Assembly: GCA_037379345.1 (NCBI GenBank)
Contig: CM074517.1
Coordinates: 5,642,001-5,706,000, forward strand
Direction: 5' to 3'
DNA length: 64,000 nt
From: Perna viridis
Lineage: Eukaryota
Numbering within the stretch: the stretch's first letter is position 1; each line of letters opens with the position of its first letter. This document shows, in pieces, positions 41,092 to 53,103 of the stretch. The notes beneath the pieces were generated by a model. The model made no database searches and was not told where the DNA came from. It was given only the letters and a program-made list of their open reading frames with translations. The translations under genes and the position numbers were made by a program.

Positions 41092-41187
41092 ACCACAATG
41101 ATCATGATTTGACACAGGCATTTTAAACGAAATGGTTGGTTAAATCTAGGTTTTACAGCGCGCTAAACCTCCGTCTTCAATTGTGGT
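41092..41187 (-). ncRNA. Degenerate P5-permuted twister-ribozyme-like motif in the 3' UTR of PLE family C
   Basis: Sense strand: ACCACAAT...GA GGTT...TAA CCA ACC ATTT-cgttta-AAAT GCCTG TGTC AAAT CATG A...ATTGTGGT. Perfect 8-bp closing stem; core order matches twister; P2, L4 and P4 carry mismatches. Confidence 0.5.
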
Positions 41188-41279
41188 GTGAATAACCTGT
41201 GGTGATAAAGTAGCATTTTCATGCTATTGCGTCATAATCAGCAAATCAGCGGTCACACCAGCACAAAGAATAATTTACA

Positions 41280-42925
41280 AAATACAATCATTACGCATTA
41301 TTTTAGAAAAAACTGAGCATTCCTCAGCCAAGGATTGATATCTAAACAGAATTTGATAAGACCTTTTGAGATTCATTTCCTCATGCCCCTGATTCAGATG
41401 TATGTCACGCAGATATTTATGGTATTCAAGGAACCAGAGTAGTTAGTACTTGCTCTAGCGTAGCGAATCCATTGTGAAAAATAAACACAATAGACAGGAC
41501 ATGAAGGTATATTGCTGCACAGGTAAGGACAATTTATGATATTAAATTTAAAGTCGTCTTTTTTTTATCAAAAATCTTACTCCTGAGATGTCCACTATTG
41601 CCACATTCGAGATGTAGGTTCAAAAAGATGCAGAACAAGGTGTTTCTGTAAACGCCTGTTTCTTGAGCTCTGGTTGATATATTGAAGGTAACCATTTACC
41701 AAAAAAAAGGGTTTTGTTGATGGACAATAAATCTGTTTGTAAAGTTAAATGTTTTAGCATCTTGTTTTTAATTTTTATTCTCTACGATATTTTGAAGAAA
41801 CTCAGTCTCGTATGAATACAAATCGGCTAGGAGAGGAGCGTAGTTAGTACTCATTTGAATTGCAAACTTGTTGTTGAAAAATAGCTCCTCCAAACGTGGC
41901 AAATATGTTATCAATGAGGAAATCAATCATTTAGCCAACCTGATTTTCCATGTAGCACACTATGCCCTTCTGCAATGTTTTAGAAAAATATGTGGATTTG
42001 TAACCAAGAACAATATAATTTTTCGAAACTGCAAAAGATTTACGAATAAGTCCTATCAAACGAGACTTCAGTTTATCATGTGGCAACGTAGTGTAAGATT
42101 TGAGAAGTCAAAAGTATGGACGGAACCAATTTCTGAAAAGCTGCCGGATTTTAAATTTTGAAGTAATTTTTTGGAATTTTTAAGTAGCCAAATATGATTA
42201 CAACCACTACGAGAGTAGGTGGTATTACAACTAGCTTGCTTTTCACCCTTCACTGCAGACAATATCTTTGCAAGGTAAATTAACATGAAAATCCAGCTAT
42301 ATACTTTTCTTTCTATGGAGTTTTATAAAGTTTGGGAATCCAATACAAGTTAGATAATTCCTCACATTGTTTTGAAGTTGATAGAAGACATGAAAGACTT
42401 GTTGTTGTTAAGAATTTCATCTTTGTCAAAAGTTGTGCGTTTGTATGTGGCATTGTGGGATTTAACTACCAATGCCCAATTCCTTTATAAAGCATTTGAG
42501 GTAATGAGCTTTACAAACAAATACAATGTTGTTTGAAGGTTTTTCCGCAAGAACTATATTATATTTCTCTTGTAGTGAGAAAAGCATCCAAGTGCCTCAC
42601 GATCATTGACACGAACTTGGGTCTTTTACTGACATATTTCTTGAGATTGTCAATACGATTCCGTACCAAAGATGGTACGTATCCATCTGACAATGACTTG
42701 TCCTTTGTCCTTTTCTCTCTTTATCCATGATGTGACATAATTTCAACAGCAGTCATTATGGTTTGGAAATTTATTTTCCAATTGAGGCGCCGTGGTTCCC
42801 TGAATTGTGGACTATGAGAAACGACCTTTACATAGGAGTTCATTTTAACTGATATTCATATCACCAGTGATGACATGACCAGAAGGACTGTAATTCAACA
42901 GTGATGAAGCATAGTTACATAAGTA
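41280..42925 (-). pseudogene. Decayed Naiad-type Penelope-like reverse transcriptase ORF (family C)
   Basis: Manual translation across frameshifts gives CNYASS..YSPSGHVITGD (42919-42860), PQFREPRRLNW, IVLAEKPSNNIVFVCK, LYWIPKL (42345-42328), TFDFSNL/YTTLPH (motif A, 42115), FLIDNIF..FGG..FQQ, IQMSTNYAPLLADL (motif B, 41860), FNFTNR/DLLSIN, KIFDKK/DDFKFNIINCPYLCSNIPSCPVYCVYFSQWIRYARAS. Confidence 0.92.
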
Positions 42926-42949
42926 TTCTATGCATCGGATTTTAATTGA

Positions 42950-43165
42950 AAATATGTGCTTTGTATATTGCCGTGAGACCGTATAAAACGGTAAAAAACT
43001 TCAATGTTTTAAAAAGTGTGTGATATCGAAACCTTTGTGGAAAAGCTTTGCTAAGAGGAATCTTTTACGTTCAATAAAATCTGACACTTTCCTACAAATA
43101 CGAGCAAAATGAACCAGTTTTGAAATGTTAATACCAAAGTATCACACAGTTTAGTATGTAGACTG
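42950..43165 (-). mobile_element. RT thumb fragment of another PLE family (D)
   Basis: Translates as LHTKLCD/FGINISKLVHFARICRKVSDFIERKRFLLAKLFHKGF/RYHTLFKT, homologous to but distinct from the family A and C thumbs. Confidence 0.78.
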
Positions 43166-44472
43166 TATTGAGCTTTTATGACAGGTACTCTAATGCCTTT
43201 TACGATATACTTCACCTATAATACAGATCTCTTTTAGAGAAAAAGATGTCGACCTATAACGGGCTCTTGAATAAAAGGGGTGACCTTCCTAGTTGAGTTG
43301 ACTGTTTATTGACTGTTGACTATTGATTTAGAAACTAAATCCACAATTTCTAACAATGCATCTGTTTCATAAGAAATAACCAGATGATATGGGATGCATG
43401 AAGCATGATATTATTTCTCAAAAGAATCAATAACATGATAAAAGATGCTGTACGATCGCAAATACAACACAATAAATATAAGCACTTGGGCTACATTCTA
43501 TATCATTATCCTCAATAGATTCTAGAAGAGATAGCAAAGGACTAAAGTACATCATTAAAATAACCCTTCAAATACCAGGACATACGACTTATGATATAAA
43601 GTACAAAAGTTCAAATCAGGGAACTAGTGTGTAACATCACTTTTTTATCGATATTGCTTAATGTACTGACACTTTTAATATACAGAAAATAAAATTACAA
43701 TTTTTACTTTTTGAAAAAAAGAAAAGTTTTTTTTTTTTTTTTGTTTTTTTGTTTTTTTTTTTTTGTTTTTTAATACCAAAATTTATTAATAATTCCTGCA
43801 ATTAGGGGTTCCCTGTTTTTACAACTCTCATATCCAGGAAATGTATGAGAGTTACTCCCGTTTCTTAATTTGTATACCATTATCCTATACTTTTTAAAAA
43901 TACTATTTCACTCATGTCAACCAAACGTTCTATAAATTATATGAACTGTTAGAGAATCATATATAAACAAATTAATCCAAGGACCGTAGAGTATCAATAA
44001 TTGACCGTTATCTGAGGCACACAGACTTAAATTTCATGCATCACTGAATTTGACAGTGTAGATTGGAGCACGTGCCTGATACTTTTAAAAGTGTGTGGAT
44101 ATATTATTTCAAATTATGTAAGTAAATTCTATAATGATGAAGACTTAACTTATACAAAGGTATCAAACAGATGCACAATAACATGCCTAACCTGAAGAAA
44201 CCATTGAAAACAACATATACATGTAGGGAGTATTGATAACCTCTGGTAAGCTACAATAAATGCTACCCGTTCTTATACACGTGTAAAAACTTTACAAATT
44301 GCATGATATATGTCATCGCCTAGTTCGTAATTGACGATATCTGAGAAAAAAATCATATATTATACCAGAGTCCGAACTGTGGAAGAAAAGTAAAAAGTAT
44401 TGTTTACACTTTAAATACTAACTGTGCAAGATATATGTATATTAAGTCAAGGAGAAAAAAATAAATACTGGT

Positions 44473-45745
44473 CAATACCAAACAACCAAGGCAACAGATA
44501 CCATAAAGTCGCAAACAGCATGAAGGGTAATAACAATACCAAACAACCAAGGCAACTGACACCATGGAGAAGAAAACAGCATAAAGGGTAATAACAATAT
44601 CAAACAACAAAGGCAACAGATACCATAAAGACGCAAACAACATGAAGGGTAATAAAAATACCTAACAACCAAGGCAACAGTTACCATGGAGAAGAAAACA
44701 GTATGAATGATAATAACAATACCAAACAACCAAGGCAACAGATACCATAAAGATGCAAACAGCATGAAGGGTAATAACAATACCAAATAACCAAGGCAAC
44801 AGATACCATAAAGACGCAAACAGCATAAAGGGTAATAACAATACCAAACAACCAAGGCAACAGATACCATAAAGTCGCAAACAGCATGAAGGGTAATAAC
44901 AATACCAAACAACCAAGGCAACTGACACCATGGAGAAGAAAACAGCATAAAGGGTAATAAAAATACCAAACAACAAAGGCAACAGATACCATAAAGACGC
45001 AAACAACATGAAGGGTAATAACAATACCTAACAACCAAGGCAACAGTTACCATGGAGAAGAAAACAGTATGAATGATAATAACAATACCAAACAACCAAG
45101 GCAACAGATACCATAAAGATGCAAACAGCATGAAGGGTAATACCAATACCAAATAACCAAGGCAACAGATACCATAAAGACGCAAACAGCATGAAGGTTA
45201 ATAACAATACCAAACAACCAAGGCAACAAATACCATGGAGAAGGAAACAGCATGAAGGGTAATAACAATACCAAACAACCAAGGCAACGGATACCATGAA
45301 GACGCAAACATCATGAAGGGTAATAACAATACAAAACAACCAAGGCAACAGATACCATAAAGACGCAAACAGCATGAAGGGGAATAACAATACGAAACAC
45401 CCAAGGCAACAGATACCATAAAGACGCAAACAGCATGAAGGTTAATAACAATAATTAACAACCAAGGCAACAGATACCATGGAGAAAGAAACAGCATGAA
45501 GGGTAATAACAATACCAAACAACCAAGGCAACAGATACCATGAAGACGCAAACAGCATGAAGGGTAATAACGATACCTAACAACCAAGGCAACAGATACC
45601 ATGAACAAGGAAACAGTATAAAGGGTAATAGAAATACCTAACGACCAAGGCAACATAAACAATGGAAACATTGTGAAGGGTAATAACAATACGTAACAAC
45701 CAAGGCAACAGATACCATGCAGACAGAAACAGCATGAAGGGTAAT
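44473..45745. repeat. 61-bp minisatellite (AATACCAAACAACCAAGGCAACAGATACCATAAAGACGCAAACAGCATGAAGGGTAATAAC), ~21 copies
   Basis: Exact 61-bp spacing (44474, 44535, ...). Confidence 0.97.
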
Positions 45746-46139
45746 GACAAAATTACCGAACTGATTAAGGCAATATATTCAAATGGAATGTACGTAAAAA
45801 AAAATGGCACTATCATGATACAAACCGTAATGTTGGAAACAACCGCAATACTCCATGTGAGACCGAATATTTTTAAGGACCGCAACATACGTGTAACAGG
45901 AAACTAGAAAACCTGCCATTAAAAGTTTGATATTACTTAAAAGAGCAGTTTTCGTTCTGTTTTTGTTTATATATAATATAATATTTATATATAATATTGA
46001 CTTGTTGTGACATGTATCCTACATAACAGCACCTAGATGAGCTGTACCGTACTATTACGTCGTGTACCACTTTACAGCCCTAGATTAATCCTACGAGGAG
46101 GAATGATCCGCCCAGCGAAAGCTATATTTTATATAGCCT

Positions 46140-46260
46140 AGCTGGCCGAGTGATCTAGGGCGCTGTACATTGTGCAGGTGGCGGTGCCATAGAAGTCACA
46201 GCGTTACGAGTTCGAGTCCTGCGGAGTGAACAACCAAACTTCGCAAATTTGACAGTTCTT
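46140..46260 (+). mobile_element. tRNA-derived SINE head
   Basis: A-box-like TGGCCGAGTGA (46143) and B-box-like GAGTTCGAGTCC (46208); no clean cloverleaf, so not called a tRNA. Confidence 0.6.
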
Positions 46261-46933
46261 GCATCGTTTTTCAGACCCTTCTACATTACCTTCCCTTTAT
46301 TAAATTGATCCGGTGGAGCAGTATATCGAAGTGAGTTGTCACATTCAGAGACGTTTGTATAATAATGATTTTTTGTGACATGTATCGTTAATTTTATCAT
46401 CTATCCTCCATAAAAACACCTAGATGAGCTACCATACATAGTGTACTAAGTTACAATCCTTGATTAACCCTACGGGGATGAAAAACTTGGCCAGAGAAAG
46501 CAATATTTTTATATACCCTATCTTAAATACAGGATTTAGTTATATGTAACGCTTTAAGTTTGCAATTTATTCTCTTGCATTTCTACATGTATCCTATAAA
46601 GCTAATACAACGTAATTTTCGCGTATTGGCTATTTTAAATGATTGTGAATTTTCCCGTTTTACAGTACACCCATTTTGTTGGTTACAACATACACAATAT
46701 TACAATTAGTATTTATACGATGTATGGCAGGTGATGCTGTTTTAAGTAAACTCTTTAATCTCTTTTACACTGAAATATTTTGTCCAGATAAAAAGTAGAA
46801 TACACATATACCTTTTTTAATTTATTGGTTAATGATGTAACAAAATCCGTAGAAAGTATTAAATAATATCTTTTATCTAAAATAAATCGTCATATGTCTT
46901 ACTATGTGTACTATAAACAACCCTATCAAAGAT

Positions 46934-47127
46934 TAATCAAGGGAACCAAGGTTATAGCGGTAATCAAAAGAATGTAATCCAGGGGCAAAGACCAGACATG
47001 GAAAACAGACATACACAACAAAGAAAATAAAGTAACTATAATCATACATACAAAGTAACAAAAGCAAATGAGCAACTCGGACTCCACTTAAAACTGGGAG
47101 CATGGACCTGGTGCACCGGTAGGGTAA
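46934..47127 (-). mobile_element. PLE family A 3' end
   Basis: Nearly identical to 28708-28900. Confidence 0.92.
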
Positions 47128-48510
47128 AAAAAATAAAGTTACTTTTAGTGGTTATTATGACTTTCTTTTTGGTTGCTCATTATTGTTTTATATTTGTACA
47201 TATTAAAAATATGGGTCGTATAAGGTTTCGATCGCAGTGTAACATTTTCCCAAAGTTTGTAAAAGAAAGTTTTTTCACCTCTTTCTTAAAATGATTATTC
47301 TAGAAAATTCAGTTAATCATCGAAAGTTTTTGTTTAATCAATTTTGTAGAGAATGAAAGAGACGAAACCAATTTGGGACGATTTAATATTTAAAGTGTGT
47401 GTTTAAACCGTTTCTTTCCCTGATATTGTACCCGATAAAGACCGATATTTACGGTCCAATTTAAGTTCTTTATATAGACATTTTGAGGGTTATTGAGTCA
47501 ACCAATATGGTAAATGTGTTTGCAATGTTATGAAACATTGACTATTATGATTTGCATGTATTTATAATGCATTATTACGGTTATTATTATGATATAAATG
47601 TGGAATGAGAAAACAACAATGAAACAGGTCTTTTGAAATAACATTATCCTTATTTTACTGTTTATTAACATCTAAAAAGGATGTCCACGTTTGATACATC
47701 ATATGAGCAAAACTATAAATGAGCAACTCCTACTATAGTTGGATAGCTGGGTTACTATAAATCCCTATCATTTGGATAGCGAGTTACAAACGTCACACAC
47801 GTCATAGGCGTATTTTATTGCATGTACACGTCATAGAGTCTTGTTAATGTATATTTCGTGTATGCATATTCATTGTGTATGTTTAAATCATGTTTATTTA
47901 CTCCATATTTGCATGATATTATTTCATCTCAAATATTGGTATATAATCGTAACAGTAAGACTTATTATTGTCCCCTTTCTTGTTACAGTTAATCTTCTCA
48001 AATGGTATAAAGATAAAAGAACCATAATAAAGTGATGACTTTAATTGACTGTATGAAATGAACCCTACCTGTAAATTTCGATAATTCACATGTATAATTT
48101 ATTTTGTACTTTTACTCTCGGTCTTTCTACTGTTACAACGTCACTGCACTTTTCCTTTGTAAAATTGCTTTACGTCACCGGTGCTTTGGAAAATTTATTT
48201 GAAAATAACACTTTATTATTGAGGACATCTATATAATAAACAGAATAATCATTCCATTATCATGAATAACAAAAATTCAGTTATGCCGAGAACAAAACAA
48301 GTACTGCACATCCACAAATGCTTTGTCTTCTTGAATTGTGATGATATTTTAGTTTCTCCATCCCATTAATTATGCTATAAATAATTGACTCATTTGATAA
48401 TTGAAAACTTTCCTTCATGTTTATTGATGTTTAACCTTTTCCTCTATTCATCCTCTATCTGATGTCTCGATTTTTTCTTTAAATTTAGTTTCAATATTCA
48501 TTTTCATCAT

Positions 48511-48664
48511 TTTTGTGCTGCGCTAAACTTCTTACAATTAGGCTTCTGGAACAGGGTTATGTTGCTACAAAATTGAAGGTATCATTACAGAAGTTTTATT
48601 GTCGTCATTATGAATCCCTGGATCGTTACAGTGTATCCCTCTACACCATGAGAACCGATTTTTT
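48511..48664 (+). mobile_element. PLE family A RT C-terminal fragment
   Basis: Translates as LCCAKLLTIRLLEQGYVATKLKVSLQKFYCRH..., matching the 22583-22804 ORF. Confidence 0.85.
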
Positions 48665-49408
48665 TCTTTAATTTTAGTTTCAATATTCATTTTCATTACC
48701 CGATTTTTAAACATTAGTTGTACTATCCTATCCCCAAAGACATCAAACTTGCACGAATAAATTTTGGAAAACCCGATTCATTATATAATACATGTAGTAG
48801 CCCAAGTGCTAGGTTTTATTTTAATTTTAGTATTATTCATCAACAGGTTTTGAATATATTATTGATAATATTTTACCAAATAAAGTAACCGTCGACATGG
48901 AATTACTAATATTCTTTGATAGGGTTCAATATACTCAATGAAATTACTCAACGCATGTCTTTGAAGTCCTTTATTGTATGCACATTTTTCAGGTTTACTT
49001 TAATTTCATGCTTAAATAACTAAGTTAATAAAAGGTCGGAGTAATTATTAGGTAATAGAGGTAGAAAAAATATCAACTATTTAGTATGTTCATACTAGAG
49101 TACTTATAATGTTAATTTTTATTACTTTTGATGATGTGTGATGACAGGATTCAAATAAACGAAACACCTTTACAAGACAATTTTAAAAAATACATGAAAA
49201 ACAAACAAAAAGAAGGAGTCAAATGCACTATGATAGCTGTTAATAAATATGATAGCTCTTGATAGTATTTCGTAGCAATAAAAATACATTACTGATCTTT
49301 TCAAACGTGTCGCAAAAGAACGCAACTAAATACTTCCTACATACATGGGTATAAAATTTAAATTGTAATATTTTAATTCCTGACGATTTGGTTTTTTACA
49401 ATTTATTT

Positions 49409-49592
49409 CATGCCAGAGCTTGCTGTAACTACGCGTGCTTTTTGTATTGTGCTAGACTTCTTACAATTTGGATTCTTGAACAAGATTATGTTGCTAAAAA
49501 ATTGAAGTCATCACAACAGAAGTTTTATTGTCGTCCTCATGAACTCGTGGATCATTATGGAATATCCATCTGCACCATGAGAGTCGATTTTT
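49409..49592 (+). mobile_element. PLE family A RT C-terminal fragment
   Basis: ORF 49388-49606: HARACCNYACFLYCARLLTIWILEQDYVAKKLKSSQQKFYCRPHELVDHYGISICTMR. Confidence 0.87.
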
Positions 49593-50844
49593 TTCTTCAA
49601 ACTTAGTTTCAATATTCATTTCATTACTCGTTTTTTTTTAAAACATTAGTTGTAATATCCTATCCCCAGAGATATTAAACTTGCACGAATAAATTTTGGA
49701 AAACCCGATCCACTATATAATACATGTAGTAGCCCAAGTGCTAGGTTTTATTTTAATTTTAGTATTATTTATCAACAGGTTTTGAATATATTATTGATAA
49801 TATTTTACCAAATAAAGTAACCGTCGACATGGAATTACTAATATTCTTTGATAGGGTTCAATATACTCAATAAAATTACTCAACGCATGTCTTTGAAGTC
49901 CTTTATTGTATGCACATTTTTCAGGTTTACTTTAATTTCATGCTTAAATAACTAAGTTAATAAAAGGTCGGAGTAATTATTAGGTAATAGAGGTAGAAAA
50001 AATATCAACTATTTAGTATGTTCATACTAGAGTACTTATAATGTTAATTTTTATTATTTTTGATGGTGTGTGATGCCAGGATTCAAATAAATGAAATATG
50101 TTTTTAAAACAATTTAAAAAAATTAATAAAGAGAGTCAACTGTACTATAATAGCTGTTTATAGTATTGCGTCGCAGGTAGTGTTTTAGTGTTTGTTTCTA
50201 TGAAATTCGAGTGTAGTAAGTTTTGTTTTTATTTTTTATTCTTTATATCGTTGTTATTTATGGCGGCGGATTATGTCAGTTGTTCTTAAAGCCTTTTAAC
50301 TATGGTTGGCATTTTACAGTCAACAAAATATATAACCAAAGATTTGTTGACTTGCGAGGTATACTTAACTTCTCATTTATGGATTAGATAATATGCTTTT
50401 AGTTTCGTGTGTTTTTATTGTTCGCCAACACAATTTAAGAATTTGCAGGTTCTGTGTGAACGTTCAGTTGAAATACGATATTTTGATATTGAATTAATTT
50501 TATTTATTCAAAAGACTTGATGTCGTAGTGTTTCTTAAAGAATGGGGATGCTTTCATCTCCCAAACTTATCTTTCAAGGCCAACATATTTGTCAAGTGGA
50601 GTATTATAGTTGATACCTTTAATGATATGGAAAATGGTCGTTAAAATTGTCATAATTTTTTAATGCAGGAAATGAAGAAAAAAAGAAGAAATTTTATTAT
50701 CCGTATGAATGGGCCCGTAAGGTTCACGTATGTGAAATGTCGAAATAACAGCTTTGACATTAGAAATAAAAAATCCATTTTAACTTTTTTTCGTGACAGT
50801 TAAAACTGTTCCAATATGGGTTTAAATGACTATATTACATTATA

Positions 50845-51160
50845 ATGTGAATGGAAATAGTGAATATGCCAAAGAGACAACAACCTCACCGGGATGGAAA
50901 ATGTCTGCTAAAGTCACCCATGGGTCTTCAATGTCCTCAAACGACAGGGCAGGCTGCAGTTGGCCCCAAAACAACATTCTACACAGGTACAGCGAAATAG
51001 TTGCCCTATATACGTACTCCAGCTACAGAAAAGTAAACCGAAATGAAAACGAAACAATACATATTGTGACCAGAAATTCCTGGCTTGGAGCAGGCACAAA
51101 ATGAATGCGGCGGTGTTAAAGTATTTTGGCGAGATTAGAACCCCCTACCGTCCCTTAACA
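50845..51160 (-). mobile_element. PLE family B 3' end
   Basis: Homologous to 31212-31475; contains the best-preserved twister-like core. Confidence 0.72.
51078..51149 (-). ncRNA. Twister-ribozyme-like motif (permuted)
   Basis: Sense strand: GGTA GG GGGT...TT TAA CACC GCC GCA-ttcattt-TGT G CCTG CTCC AAGC CAGG A. Compare the rice twister core UAA CACU GCC aau G CCGG UCCC AAGC CCGG A ... AGUG GA GGGG. Confidence 0.65.
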
Positions 51161-53103
51161 TGTTTATATTGTGTGAATTGTACAATTTCTCCGTTACCAA
51201 ATTACACAACATAAGATACACAATTTCCCTGTACTACGTATACACTGCATACAGAGTTTTAAGTGTTATAATGTCTTTTCTATATTTGCCTTTGTGTCCT
51301 AATTTCAAGATTTTTTTTGCAGCGCGATTTTTTTTCAGTTAGTAATAAACTCAACAAATGTGACACGTATTTTTCAAAGCTCAAGGGTGTGAATGACGTC
51401 CTCTTTTGTTATTTAAAGAAAATTAGTGAACAAATAGTAAAATAAAGACATTGCTAATGATTAGTTTACAATCATATTACAAAATCTTCAAATTACAAGA
51501 CACGTCCTTAATTTACTCATTTTTTTAATATGTTAATCTAATATGTAACTTATTTTTAAAAGACATATAATACTTATTGTACAAAATCTGTAAACATGAA
51601 GATCATTTGATAACAGAAAGGCAAGTAATTAGGCCGCAAGCAAATTGACCATCAATAAGTTGACTGGAATGTACGAAGTACAAAGTGATTGAAATAAACA
51701 ATAAATCCTAAGTTTGACTTCCAGCAAATTATTAAAATGTGGAGACAAAATGAAACAAAGAATTAGTTAGCTGCAATATCTGGTGAAAACATATCACTGT
51801 AATTTCCCGTCATTTTTATGACTTCCCCAATTGAAATTATGTGGCGCAGCAAATGGAAAAAAATCAAAGTATTGTTACAAGTAAATTGATAATACTCATG
51901 AAATCTTTGCTTATATTGATGTTGTTATTTTTTATTCTGTGATAAAATATAAAAGCCTCCCAATGACAAATACAGGGTTTTAACACTGAGAAAACGTATC
52001 GTTGATTGATCATAACTCGCAAGTCCCACACAAAGCGTAATTTTCAATTAAAACAGTGTTGCAGAAGGAAAACGTATTTACAGTAGCCACGCAAATTTCT
52101 ACTATAAAATTATTTTGACATTGACCTTGATATTGAAGCATGTTATTCTAATAAAGTCAAATTACTTGATGTCTAAAAGGTTATACAACTTGTCTATGCA
52201 ACAAGATCTGATACTTTAAAAGGACGACCATGTAGGCCACAAAAAAGTATTATTAAGTAAGTATTGAAGTCACCAAAAATATATTAGCTAATGATAACTT
52301 TATTAGACGTGACCAAAACTTCACATTTCAGGTTTGTCAAGTGACCTTACCTTATGATACTGCTATCAAAAAATGCATATCAGTCAGGACTACAAACATC
52401 TGTTTTAAAAGATGGGAGTATAGTTGCCATGGAGACATAAAAATAGTATAAAACTGTGTTCAAATAAAGCAATGAGAAGGTACAATGGTTTAAATCCATA
52501 CACCTCGATGTTTAACAAATAAGACTAAATCATATAATTCATTGGAGTAGCCTCTTTACAATGGCCATTCGGACTATACTTACACGAGGAATGTATGTAT
52601 AAATACGTATCAATCAACAGATGAAATTTCATCTTGTTACAAAGTGGTATTAAGTCACAAGGTATTTGTATAAATAAAATTGTTTCATTTGATGTCTAAA
52701 CTATTTATCGAATTGAAAAGAGATGATATTGACTGGAAGGTTGAACTTGAGTTCAGTGGAGTGTTTACATTAATACGACCTCAAAGTAACTCGTGTCAAG
52801 ATCAGAGCAATTCATTACTAGATCTTAAAGTATAAGTCTATGTCAATGTGTAGGGTATTGGGGTCACAACATATTTTGTAATATGGATAAAGTTACCATT
52901 TTTAATTGAATGGTACTTCTAAAACCTAGGGCTGTAATAGTAATTCGTCTTGTGCATTTAAGCTTCCTATCATTTGAAGAAATAATGCATCACTGACCTG
53001 TTTAAATGTGTCACAACAGAACTAAATACTTCCTACATACATGGGTACTAAATTTAGATTATAATATTCTGATTCTTGACGATTTGGTTTTGTACAATTC
53101 ATT

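Larger units (their letters stand above)
48511..50160. repeat. Local tandem segmental duplication, period ~932 bp
   Basis: CATGTAGTAGCCCAAGTG at 48791 and 49723; 48750-49160 is nearly identical to 49682-50090. Confidence 0.93.

Noticed and set aside
41868-42161. 97-aa plus-strand ORF
   Set aside because: Antisense to the decayed RT pseudogene.
44404-45888. Eight overlapping hydrophobic ORFs that look like membrane proteins
   Set aside because: They are translations of the 61-bp minisatellite. The unit is not a multiple of 3 and the same peptides cycle through all frames.
46140-46225. Functional tRNA gene
   Set aside because: A and B boxes are present but acceptor and anticodon stems do not pair; better explained as a SINE head.
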